64,000 bases of DNA from Candidatus Eremiobacteria bacterium (lineage in GTDB: Bacteria > Vulcanimicrobiota > Vulcanimicrobiia > Vulcanimicrobiales > Vulcanimicrobiaceae). A model generated the notes under the pieces. The model was not told the origin of the DNA. It saw nothing but the letters and a program-made list of their open reading frames with translations, and searched no databases. The stretch lies in the NCBI GenBank assembly GCA_963758295.1, contig CAVWUU010000002.1, forward strand, positions 192,001-256,000, in the 5' to 3' direction. Shown piece by piece: positions 28,266-37,983 of the stretch. Made by a program: the position numbers and the translations under genes. Within the stretch, counting starts at the first letter, position 1, and the number at the start of each line of letters is the position of its first letter.

Positions 28266-30080
28266 TTACTCCGCAACGACAGCCGGGGTCCGCTCGGCTT
28301 GGAGAAGCGGATCCACGATAGCGTGGGCGTCGATCGGAACGCCGTTGTAGTGTCGAATCGATAGAAGCCGTCCGATAAGATGCGTCGGCAGCTCCGCACG
28401 AAGCAGCCCGTAGAGCTGCCCGTCTCGATTCTGTTCGATCACATAGACGCGCTCGTGCCTTGCGATGAACGCCGCCACTTCAGGCGAGAACGGCAACGCG
28501 CGCACGCGCATGTAGTCGACTCCGATGTCGCTATCCGTGAGGATGTCGCGCGCTTCGACCACGGCGTGATGCGTAGTTCCGTACGCCAAAATGGCGATAC
28601 TCTGGCCCTTTTCGTCGATTAGCGGCTGCGGCGCGGAGGTGCGCGCCGTATCGTGCTTGCGTGACAGGCGGTCGAGATTGCGCTGCCAGACTTCGGGCTG
28701 CTCGGAGTAGCGCGCTTCTTCGTCGTGGCCGGTGCCGCGCGTGAAAAATCCAGCGTTAGGATGCTCGGTACCCGGAAGCGTGCGATACGGAATGCCGTCG
28801 CGATCGACGTCGCGATAGCGGCCCCACGAGTCGACCTTACTCAAATCCGCCGCGTTTAACACCTTTCCGCGATCGAACGGTTTGTCGGGATACGACAACG
28901 GCTTCGTCATCCACGAATTCATGCCGAGGTCGAGATCGGAAAGCACGAAGACCGGCGTTTGGAAACGGTCGGCGAGATCGAAGGCATCCATTGCAAACTC
29001 GTACGCTTCGGACACCGTGCCCGGCAACAACACGAGGTGTTTTGTGTCGCCGTGCGAGAGCTGATAGGCAAATGAAACGTCGGCTTGCATCGTACGCGTG
29101 GGCAAACCCGTCGACGGGCCGGCGCGTTGCACGTCGAAAATAACGCCCGGCACCTCGGCGTAATAGCCGTAGCCGGCCCATTCCGCCATCAGCGAAAGTC
29201 CGGGCCCCGACGTCGACGTCATTGCGCGCGCTCCGGCCCAGCCTGCGCCGAGCACCATACCAATTGCGGCAAGCTCGTCCTCGGCTTGCACGATCGCCAC
29301 GCTTTTCTCACCGGTTTGCGGATCAACGCGATACCGCTCCGCGAGCGCGATGAAGTTTTCGCACAGCGACGACGACGGCGTGATGGGATACCACGCAGCA
29401 ACGGTGCAACCGCCCATGATGCAACCGAATGCCGCAGCACGATTTCCATCCATGAACATGAGGCCGTCGGTCGGACCGCGCATGCCCTCGAGCATGAAGG
29501 GATCGGCTTTGGGTAATTCGCGCGCATGCGCAAAGCCCAAGCGCACGGCTTCCATGTTGGTTGCGACGGCAGCAGGCTTTTTTTTGAACTGCCCGGTAAC
29601 GGCCGCTTCGATCGTGGATTCGTCGAGCCCAAGCAATTGCGCAAGGACCCCGACGTAAATCATGTTCAGAAGATATTTGCGCAGCGCGCCGTCTTTGAAC
29701 GCCTCTTTTGCCAACGCATTGAACGGCACCGAATAGTAGATTACGTCGTCGCGCTTGGTTTCGCCCGAAACCGGATACGTCGCTTCGTGAATGACGACGC
29801 CGCCGGGCTTCACGCCGGCCACGTCGCTTCTCCACGTGGCGGCATTCAATGCGACGACAATGTCGATATCGCGCGAACGGCATTGATAGCCCTTCGGACT
29901 GACGCGGACGTCGAACCACGTGGGCAGTCCCTCGATGTTTGACGGAAAGACATTTTTTGGTGCGACGGGGATTCCCAGGCGAAAGATCGCGTTGGTAAGG
30001 ACGAGATTGGACGATTGACTTCCCGACCCGTTAACCGTGGCAACCCGGATCGTGAAATCGTTGATTACGCGTTGGTGCAT
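28266..30080 (-). CDS. korA: 2-oxoacid:acceptor oxidoreductase alpha subunit
   Basis: YPITP, QAEDE, TSGPG, QRAGPSTGLPT. Confidence 0.93.
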   Translation of the reverse strand: MHQRVINDFTIRVATVNGSGSQSSNLVLTNAIFRLGIPVAPKNVFPSNIEGLPTWFDVRVSPKGYQCRSRDIDIVVALNAATWRSDVAGVKPGGVVIHEATYPVSGETKRDDVIYYSVPFNALAKEAFKDGALRKYLLNMIYVGVLAQLLGLDESTIEAAVTGQFKKKPAAVATNMEAVRLGFAHARELPKADPFMLEGMRGPTDGLMFMDGNRAAAFGCIMGGCTVAAWYPITPSSSLCENFIALAERYRVDPQTGEKSVAIVQAEDELAAIGMVLGAGWAGARAMTSTSGPGLSLMAEWAGYGYYAEVPGVIFDVQRAGPSTGLPTRTMQADVSFAYQLSHGDTKHLVLLPGTVSEAYEFAMDAFDLADRFQTPVFVLSDLDLGMNSWMTKPLSYPDKPFDRGKVLNAADLSKVDSWGRYRDVDRDGIPYRTLPGTEHPNAGFFTRGTGHDEEARYSEQPEVWQRNLDRLSRKHDTARTSAPQPLIDEKGQSIAILAYGTTHHAVVEARDILTDSDIGVDYMRVRALPFSPEVAAFIARHERVYVIEQNRDGQLYGLLRAELPTHLIGRLLSIRHYNGVPIDAHAIVDPLLQAERTPAVVAE

Positions 30081-30126
30081 CTGGCGTTCCCTTCACCTAG
30101 GGGCTTAGCGAACGCGAGTAGCGTTC

Positions 30127-31584
30127 CTATCGCGGAACAGCGGTTGCAGCTGCGACTGAAGTCGTTTGCTGGCCGTGAAAAGCAGCCTTGCCCATCGGAA
30201 TAACGTGGCGCTTCGGCGCAACCGGGGTTGAAACGATGCCGAACGCGCACGTAAAGGCCGTAAGTAGGGCGAAGGCCTCCGAAATCGTGAAGGCCCACGT
30301 AAGGCCGTACGCCGTGGATAGCGCGGCGGCGATCGCAACGCCGGCGCTGATCCCCGCCTGCATGCTCGTGTTGATCATCCCCGAGCCTGCGCCCTGATCT
30401 TCAGTGCTTACTTTCGAGAGCCCGCCGATAAAGCCGACCTGGTACGCAAACATTGCGCCGAGCCCAATGAGGATCGTGCCCGGCAGCAGCGAGATCCATG
30501 CTGATTCGTGCGGCTTCATCGCAATCAATAGCAGCGCGCCGACGGCCATAATGCAGCCTCCGAGCGTCCCGAGCGTGCGCAAACCGATTCGCTTGATCAA
30601 CGGCGCCGAGAGTGGACCGGCGATCAGCGTGATTACGAGCGACGACGGTAAGAATGCAAGCCCCGTTGCGAGCGGCGTCCAGTGATTGATTCGCTGGTAG
30701 AAAATCGAGGCGAAGACGAAGGCACTCACGTACGCTGCCGCTTGCAACGCGACGTCGATGCTTCCCGGAACCATGTTTTCATAACGCAAAAGCCGCGCGG
30801 GGATAAGGGGCGCTTTGGCGCGTCGTTCGGCGAAAACGAACGCCACAAGCAAGGCGATCGCGACGGCGAGTTCCACCCACGTATCCCAATCGATCTTGCG
30901 GTCGGCAATCGATTCAATGGCAAAAATCGCCAGCACCAGCCCAGCCGTCAGCAAGAACGCGCCAAGTACGTCCAGCTGTTGCGGCGTTCTCGTGCGGGTA
31001 TCTTTCGGAATGATGAACGGCGTGAGAATCAAGATGATGATTCCAACCGGAACGTTTACGAAAAATACCGCGCGCCATCCGAGAAATTGCGTCAGGATCC
31101 CGCCGACCAAGACTCCGGCTGCGAGGCCGGCACTCCCAATGGTGTTCCACATCCCGAGAACGCGTTGGCGTTCGTCTTCACCAGCGTAGATTTCCATCAA
31201 AATCGCCATCGCAGACGGCGTAACGATCGCCGCCCCAATGCCTTGAATCGCGCGCACGACGATCAACACGATGGGCGTTGGCGCGAAGCCGCCGAGGAGC
31301 GACGCGACCGTGAACAGCGCCAGACCCGCCATAAAAATCGTTCGCCGGTTGTACAGATCGGAACAGCGCCCGGCAAGCATGAGAAAGCCGGCGAGTGCGA
31401 TAGCGTAGGTGCTAATCACCCACTGCGCTTCCGATTGCGGCATGCCGAGGCCGCTTTCCATCGCGGGCAGCGCGACGTTGACGATTGAGAAATCCAGGAG
31501 GAGCATGAAGAAGGTGATGCTCAGGACCACGAACGAGCGCCATCGCATGCAAGGGCGATTCGCCGGTCTTGTGCTATCCTTCAT
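30127..31584 (-). CDS. MFS transporter, DHA2 type
   Basis: LDFSIVNVALP, GRCSDLYNRR, WRAVFFVNVP, LDVLG. Confidence 0.9.
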   Translation of the reverse strand: MKDSTRPANRPCMRWRSFVVLSITFFMLLLDFSIVNVALPAMESGLGMPQSEAQWVISTYAIALAGFLMLAGRCSDLYNRRTIFMAGLALFTVASLLGGFAPTPIVLIVVRAIQGIGAAIVTPSAMAILMEIYAGEDERQRVLGMWNTIGSAGLAAGVLVGGILTQFLGWRAVFFVNVPVGIIILILTPFIIPKDTRTRTPQQLDVLGAFLLTAGLVLAIFAIESIADRKIDWDTWVELAVAIALLVAFVFAERRAKAPLIPARLLRYENMVPGSIDVALQAAAYVSAFVFASIFYQRINHWTPLATGLAFLPSSLVITLIAGPLSAPLIKRIGLRTLGTLGGCIMAVGALLLIAMKPHESAWISLLPGTILIGLGAMFAYQVGFIGGLSKVSTEDQGAGSGMINTSMQAGISAGVAIAAALSTAYGLTWAFTISEAFALLTAFTCAFGIVSTPVAPKRHVIPMGKAAFHGQQTTSVAAATAVPR

Positions 31585-31613
31585 TCCAAGCTAGGAAGAA
31601 AGGACCACACTAC

Positions 31614-32240
31614 GTGATTCGATCCATCGCAGCCGTGGGGATGGCGACGGTATTCGCCCTGTCGCTTGCGGCGTGCAGCAAGAATTCAAACGTTTCCACG
31701 CAGAGCGCCGGCTCGTCGGCACAAACAGCGGCGGGCACCGGCGCCACGCTAGTGAAAGCGGGCACCGTGTTCAACGGCCGGCTGCAGCAAGAGATTAGCT
31801 CGAAATCGAGCCACACCGGCGACATCTTCGTGCTGGCCGAAACGGATTCGATGTTCCACAAAGATCCGACCCTTCACGGGTCGGTCATCGATGGCCATTT
31901 GGAAAATGTCACGCCGGCCGGCATGGGTCGCAAGCCGGGCATGACGGTGGTCTTCGACGACATCAAATTCCCAGACGGAACCAAGGCGCCGGTCAACGTG
32001 ACGCTGCTTTCTATGAACGAGTTCAATGCGAAGTCGCATAAGATGCGGACGCTCGGCTTGATGGCCGGCGGCGCCGTGGCGGGCCACATGGCCGGACACG
32101 CGGCGGGTAAGAAGCATGGCGGGCTGCTCGGTGCGGCCGGCGGATACGCCCTTTCGCAAGAGATGAAGACCGACATCGACGTGAAGCCGGGAACCCTGAT
32201 CAGAGTCAAATTCAATAGCGACGCGAACGCGCAGCAATAA
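31614..32240 (+). CDS. lipoprotein with glycine-zipper segment
   Basis: Lipobox LAAC; AAAGGA RBS; GGAVAGHMAG..GGLLGAAGG repeat. Confidence 0.75.
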   Translation: MIRSIAAVGMATVFALSLAACSKNSNVSTQSAGSSAQTAAGTGATLVKAGTVFNGRLQQEISSKSSHTGDIFVLAETDSMFHKDPTLHGSVIDGHLENVTPAGMGRKPGMTVVFDDIKFPDGTKAPVNVTLLSMNEFNAKSHKMRTLGLMAGGAVAGHMAGHAAGKKHGGLLGAAGGYALSQEMKTDIDVKPGTLIRVKFNSDANAQQ

Positions 32241-32260
32241 GCCGGCGCCAACGCCAATAG

Positions 32261-32293
32261 AGAAGCCGCCCGAGGGGGCGGCTTCTTTATTTT
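32261..32293 (+). terminator. intrinsic terminator
   Basis: AGAAGCCGCCC-GAGG-GGGCGGCTTCT followed by TTATTTT. Confidence 0.8.
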
Positions 32294-32795
32294 ACCGGGA
32301 GTTCGCTTTTCGTGTCGTCTTTTTCCGACCGCCGGTCTTACCCGCTGCCGTCTTGCGGGTCGCGGTCTTGCGCGCGGTGGATTTGCGGGCGGGGGTTTTG
32401 CGGCCCGCTGCCTTGCGCGCCGTCGTCTTACGCGTTCCCGATTTACCGCCGGTTGCTTTGCGCGTCGCTTTTTTGGGACCGCCGGTTTTACGGCGTCCCG
32501 ACGCACCGTTTGCCGAATCGCCGTTGCCTGCGGCATTTTGCGAGCCGCCGTTCACCATCCGGTCGACGACCACGGCGCCCGTCTCAATCGCCGCACCGAC
32601 GATCTCTAGGGCTGCACCCACGCCGCGAGCCCGCTTCGTGGCGTTCTTTATCGCGGGAACGGCCTTTTTCGCCGCACTACGCGTGCTTTTCACCGCACCG
32701 CTCGCGCCGCGCGCGGCTTTCTTTGCGGTCCCGGTCGCGGCTTTCGCGACACGTTTCACGGGATTTTTACCAGCCGTTTTCTTACGAGCCGCCAT
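32292..32795 (-). CDS. histone H1-like basic low-complexity protein (167 aa)
   Basis: GAGGAGG RBS; K/R/A/T-rich tails with repeated RKTTA/RKTPA/RKTAA pentamers. Confidence 0.75.
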   Translation of the reverse strand: MAARKKTAGKNPVKRVAKAATGTAKKAARGASGAVKSTRSAAKKAVPAIKNATKRARGVGAALEIVGAAIETGAVVVDRMVNGGSQNAAGNGDSANGASGRRKTGGPKKATRKATGGKSGTRKTTARKAAGRKTPARKSTARKTATRKTAAGKTGGRKKTTRKANSR

Positions 32796-32846
32796 GTATT
32801 TTTTTGTCCTCCTCGCCGGCGTTTCCCCGGCTGCTTGATAAAACAC

Positions 32847-32877
32847 ATTCCCGTGCGTTTAAATGTTAAACGCACGG
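32847..32877 (-). promoter_or_regulatory. SigB-like promoter embedded in a perfect 12-bp inverted repeat
   Basis: Minus strand GTTTAA-N13-GGGAAT; CCGTGCGTTTAA-ATG-TTAAACGCACGG palindrome at 32851-32877. Confidence 0.6.
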
Positions 32878-32896
32878 CTGCGTATCGGACGCACCG

Positions 32897-32985
32897 CGTC
32901 AGCGTCAGCTCGCCGAAGGGCAGGCGCATTTCACTTCGCTGACATGCACCCCCGTCACCCTGAGTTCGTCGAAGGGCAGGCGCAT
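32897..32985 (+). repeat. two tandem CGTC-tagged REP-like units (32897-32929, 32953-32985; 56-bp period)
   Basis: CGTCAGCGTCAGCTCGCCGAAGGGCAGGCGCAT versus CGTCACCCTGAGTTCGTCGAAGGGCAGGCGCAT (28/33 identical). Confidence 0.7.
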
Positions 32986-33020
32986 CTAATCGCTGCTCAT
33001 CAACCAGCCAACACCCGCCG

Positions 33021-33072
33021 GTTCGATTGACGTAGAACTAATGCCGGTGCTATAGTTCGATAAGACTCGAAC
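33021..33072 (+). promoter_or_regulatory. sigma70 promoter overlapped by two GTTCGA-N6-TCGAAC operators
   Basis: TTGACG (33027) N18 TATAGT (33051) with extended TG; operators at 33021-33038 (1 mismatch) and 33055-33072 (perfect). Confidence 0.75.
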
Positions 33073-33075
33073 CAT

Positions 33076-33399
33076 ATGCCACGTATTTTTCAGCCGGATA
33101 GAAAGCAGATCCAGCTCGCGGAAGTCCTTTCCGCGCTAAGTGATCCCGTGCGGCTGCAAATGGTCAGCAGAATGCATGCGAGCGGTCCCGCCGCATGTAC
33201 CGCGTTTGCGCCGGATCTCCCAAAGTCCACACGCTCGCATCACCTGAAGGTGCTGCGCGAAGCCGGCGTCACCTGGACAGAAGTCATCGGCGTTGAGCGC
33301 TACGTTAAATTGCGCTACGATTGTTTGAACGAGCGTTTTCCCGGCTTACTCGAATCCGTCCTGAGCGCTGCGGCGCCGAGAAAGAATCGTAAGAAATGA
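33076..33399 (+). CDS. ArsR/SmtB-family transcriptional regulator
   Basis: ALSDPVRL, KSTRSHHLKVLREAG, RFPGLL. Confidence 0.9.
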   Translation: MPRIFQPDRKQIQLAEVLSALSDPVRLQMVSRMHASGPAACTAFAPDLPKSTRSHHLKVLREAGVTWTEVIGVERYVKLRYDCLNERFPGLLESVLSAAAPRKNRKK

Positions 33400-33707
33400 A
33401 GATCGCGCGAGCTCGCGAGTTCACTGCCGAACGCGCGTGGGGCGCGGAGAAACTTGCCGAGTTCGACGGCGTCACCGTTCGCATGCATTGGACGGACAAA
33501 CCGTATGACTGGCATGTGAACGACGGCTCGGAAGTGTTCACGGTCCTCGACGGCATCGTCGACATGCATTACCGGATCGCCGGTACGGAAAGAATTGCGC
33601 GCCTTCACGCCGCGGATTCGTTTGTGGTTGAAGATGGTGACGAGCACATCGCGCGTCCGATCGGCGAAGCCCGTGTGCTCGTTGTTGAACGCGAAGGTAG
33701 TGCGTAA
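33396..33707 (+). CDS. cupin-domain protein
   Basis: WHVNDGSEVF and GDEH cupin motifs; ATGA overlap with arsR. Confidence 0.85.
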   Translation: MKIARAREFTAERAWGAEKLAEFDGVTVRMHWTDKPYDWHVNDGSEVFTVLDGIVDMHYRIAGTERIARLHAADSFVVEDGDEHIARPIGEARVLVVEREGSA

Positions 33708-33709
33708 TT

Positions 33710-33976
33710 ATGGCGGTCGACGTGGAAACGCTCGGAAACGATCGTACGATCGAGCTGTACATCAGCCCAACATGCCCGTATTGCCGTCAAGCGATGGACC
33801 ACTATGATGGGCACGGCGTTTCGTACGTCGTTCACGATGCTCAGAATGACGCCGCCGCCCGCAAGCGGATGTTCGAATACGCCGCCAACGATCCGACGGT
33901 GCCGGCGATCGTCGTTGACGGCGACTACGTACAATCGGGTTGGGGTCGGCCGCCTCGAGGCTGAACGGTGTACTAG
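33710..33976 (+). CDS. glutaredoxin-like protein with probable C-terminal selenocysteine (...GWGRPPRG-U-TVY*)
   Basis: CPYC active site, TVPAI cis-Pro motif; TGA 33962-33964 followed by ACG GTG TAC TAG and a SECIS-like hairpin. Confidence 0.75.
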
Positions 33977-33994
33977 CGATCCGGTCGGATCGCT
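33975..33994 (+). promoter_or_regulatory. SECIS-like hairpin
   Basis: AGCGATCC-GGTC-GGATCGCT perfect 8-bp stem; loop starts 18 nt after the UGA. Confidence 0.7.
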
Positions 33995-34009
33995 CCGACG
34001 TTGTAATAG

Positions 34010-34951
34010 GTGTCCGAAAGCGAGGCTGCAGTGCACGGATCACCGGTCCCCTCGAAAATTCACGACTTCAGCCTGAAGCAACTCGATGAGTTGAAGTTCG
34101 TCTGTTCGCCCGAACTGTCGGCGATGTACAAGTTGAGCCCGTTCGTCTGGTATGACGATGGCCGCTACAAGCTACTCCTTCGCGTCGTGAACTTCTCGCT
34201 TAAGGCTTCAGATAAAGTCGCGCGCATTCACTATGGCGAGTCCGCCGACGGCGTAACATTCGACCTCGACGAAGCGCCCGTTATCGTACCCGGCGCCGAC
34301 CCTAGCGCCTTGGACAACGGCGGCTGCGAAGATCCCACGCTTGCCAAAGTGCGCAATGAATATTTTGTCTATTACAGCGGGTGGAACGAACGCGCCAAGC
34401 GCGGCGAACTGCTTCTAACAGCCGGCAGCGACATGCGTCATTTGAAGAAACGCGGCATCGCATTACCGTCTTCCGATCTCGCGCGCAACCCCAAAGAGGC
34501 CGAGATCACACGCGTTGCCGATGGCACATGGCGCCTATTCTTCGAATACGCGCACGACAACAAATCCAAAATCGGCATCGCGCGATCCGCGAACGTCGAC
34601 GGCCCGTGGGAGGTGCTCGCACCGCTCTTCGAAGCCCGGCCGGACCGCTGGGACTCTTGGCATTTGAGCACCGGTCCCATACTAATCTCGAATCCCGAAT
34701 TTCCGGTGATGTTCTACAACGGCGCCACACGCGACGCGCACTGGCGGATCGGTTGGGTCGTTTTCGATGCAACCTACACTCGCGTACTCGCCCGCTGCGA
34801 AGCACCGATCGTGCTTCCGCACATTAAACGCAACACGGACGACACGGACATCGCTTTCGCCGCTTCGGCTTTAGAAGCCGATAGCGCAATCCACTTATAC
34901 TATTCCGTCGCCGATCAGTACTGCTGCCGCGCCGTTATCGAGCGGGTTTGA
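34010..34951 (+). CDS. GH130-like/five-bladed beta-propeller glycosidase
   Basis: GCEDP, NPKEA, MFYNGA, IAFA..LYYSVAD motifs. Confidence 0.75.
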   Translation: MSESEAAVHGSPVPSKIHDFSLKQLDELKFVCSPELSAMYKLSPFVWYDDGRYKLLLRVVNFSLKASDKVARIHYGESADGVTFDLDEAPVIVPGADPSALDNGGCEDPTLAKVRNEYFVYYSGWNERAKRGELLLTAGSDMRHLKKRGIALPSSDLARNPKEAEITRVADGTWRLFFEYAHDNKSKIGIARSANVDGPWEVLAPLFEARPDRWDSWHLSTGPILISNPEFPVMFYNGATRDAHWRIGWVVFDATYTRVLARCEAPIVLPHIKRNTDDTDIAFAASALEADSAIHLYYSVADQYCCRAVIERV

Positions 34952-34975
34952 GCGTAACGAAAAATAGTACCGTTC

Positions 34976-35317
34976 TTATTTTTTTCGCTGCTTCTCTTCT
35001 CCGCGCACTCCCTCTCGGACATCCCATAGCGTTTGTCCGAGCGCTCCCGCGAATATGCCGGCCAGTAACGCCGATGTCAATAACGTATACGGCTGGTTGC
35101 GGTCGATGCCCACGGCAAAGAATGCATCTAGGGACGCGGCCAGGCCGGTAGCGGTCAGAATCAACGATACGAGCGTCGCATTCCAGCTCCAGAGAAACCC
35201 GAAGCGGACCATGAGGTTGGCCAGAATCGCCAATGCGTAGCGTCCTTCGAGAATGCCAACTACAAAGATAAACAACGCGAACACCGTGATATCCGACACG
35301 ACCGCAGCGTTCGTCAA
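34976..35317 (-). CDS. hypothetical membrane protein
   Basis: Hydrophobic 113-aa ORF downstream of groEL terminator. Confidence 0.5.
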   Translation of the reverse strand: MTNAAVVSDITVFALFIFVVGILEGRYALAILANLMVRFGFLWSWNATLVSLILTATGLAASLDAFFAVGIDRNQPYTLLTSALLAGIFAGALGQTLWDVREGVRGEEKQRKK

Positions 35318-35345
35318 ATCGAACAGCTGACCTTGATGTCGCTGT

Positions 35346-35368
35346 CGTTCGACAAGCTCACGATGACG
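35346..35368 (-). repeat. CGTC-tagged REP-like unit
   Basis: Minus strand CGTCATCGTGAGCTTGTCGAACG; same architecture as the 32953 copy with compensated stem. Confidence 0.7.
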
Positions 35369-35373
35369 AAATG

Positions 35374-35405
35374 AAAAAGAGCCCCGCCGTTAAGCGGAGC
35401 TCTTT
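35374..35405 (-). terminator. groEL terminator
   Basis: Minus strand AAAGAGCTCCGC-TTAACG-GCGGGGCTCTTTTT. Confidence 0.85.
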
Positions 35406-35428
35406 CTCTATGCATTCCCGTGAGGGAA

Positions 35429-37102
<1,674 letters not shown>

Positions 37103-37118
37103 TTAGTTCTATAACTCC

Positions 37119-37425
37119 TTAAACGCCGGCCGGAACTTTGTCGACAACGGCGAGAACGTCTTTTTCGGAAACGATGAGGTATTCGTTGCCGTCGATCTTG
37201 ATCTCCGCTGCCCGAATACTTCGAATAGATGACGCGATCGCCGACTTTGACGGTCATGGGGAGCGTCGTGCCATTGTCGGTCACGCGGCCGGTGCCGACT
37301 GCGCGGACGACGCCCTCTTGCGGCTTCTCTTTTGCGGTGTCGGGCAGGAAGATGCCGCCCGTGGTCTTCTCGTTCTGCTCGACGTGCTCGACGACCACGC
37401 GATCGCCCAAAGGCTTGAGATTCAC
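37119..37425 (-). CDS. groS: co-chaperonin GroES (apparent +1 frameshift about 37205)
   Basis: [50 protein letters not shown] continues in another frame; GGAGG RBS. Confidence 0.93.
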
Positions 37426-37458
37426 TGAAAAACCTCCAAAACGCAATTGAATCTTGAG

Positions 37459-37522
37459 TTGGCACTCACAGCAGTAGAGTGCCAGCCGTGAAATCTTAGC
37501 AGACTCGTGCGGCGAGTGCAAG
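37459..37522 (-). promoter_or_regulatory. two tandem CIRCE elements plus sigma70 promoter of groES-groEL
   Basis: TTGGCACTC-N9-GAGTGCCAG (37459-37485) and TTAGCAGAC-N9-GAGTGCAAG (37496-37522); minus strand TTGCAC-N17-TAAGAT. Confidence 0.9.
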
Positions 37523-37597
37523 CGCCCTTCGAGGCGTGCTTCGACCGGGTTTCAGCGGATCGACGGCCCGGCCGCTGAGGCCGGAAAGCAGCCCAGA

Positions 37598-37891
37598 CTA
37601 GGGGCTGATCGTCGAGAAAATGCCGCTGCCGAGAAAGAACGCCATAACGAGCGTCACCGCAAACACTAACAGGAAGAGCCGGCCCGCGGGTTTCGTGGAC
37701 GCGAAGGCAAGGCAGCCCGTTCCTACGCTGAAGCTGCTGACCGCGGCGGTGAGGACGGCGTGCTCGGAAGTGCGGTGCAACTCCGACCAGAGGGTGAAGG
37801 CGACCCCTGTCGCCACGACGATCGCGAGCAGCGCAGTAGCCGCAAAAATGATCGCATCGGCCGGCTCTCTTGCCGGTTGCTCTCCCATCAT
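37598..37891 (-). CDS. small membrane protein (3 TM)
   Basis: Three hydrophobic segments. Confidence 0.6.
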   Translation of the reverse strand: MMGEQPAREPADAIIFAATALLAIVVATGVAFTLWSELHRTSEHAVLTAAVSSFSVGTGCLAFASTKPAGRLFLLVFAVTLVMAFFLGSGIFSTISP

Positions 37892-37983
37892 AGGAACGAT
37901 GGTAACGTTTACTTCTGAATTTTTGCTTAGCGGCTGGTTAGGGCTTGCTGGGCCTCTGATTAACGGTGCCTAATGTCGCAAGG

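Noticed and set aside
32897..32985. Mini CRISPR array
   Set aside because: Only two degenerate units, similar inter-repeat sequence, no cas genes; better explained as REP-like repeats
37119..37425. Programmed frameshift or GroES-GroEL fusion
   Set aside because: No slippery site; removing one G restores a normal 101-aa GroES with its own stop and a groEL RBS
37523..37590. GC-rich hairpin upstream of the groES promoter as an ncRNA
   Set aside because: Single imperfect stem in high-GC sequence with no supporting motif
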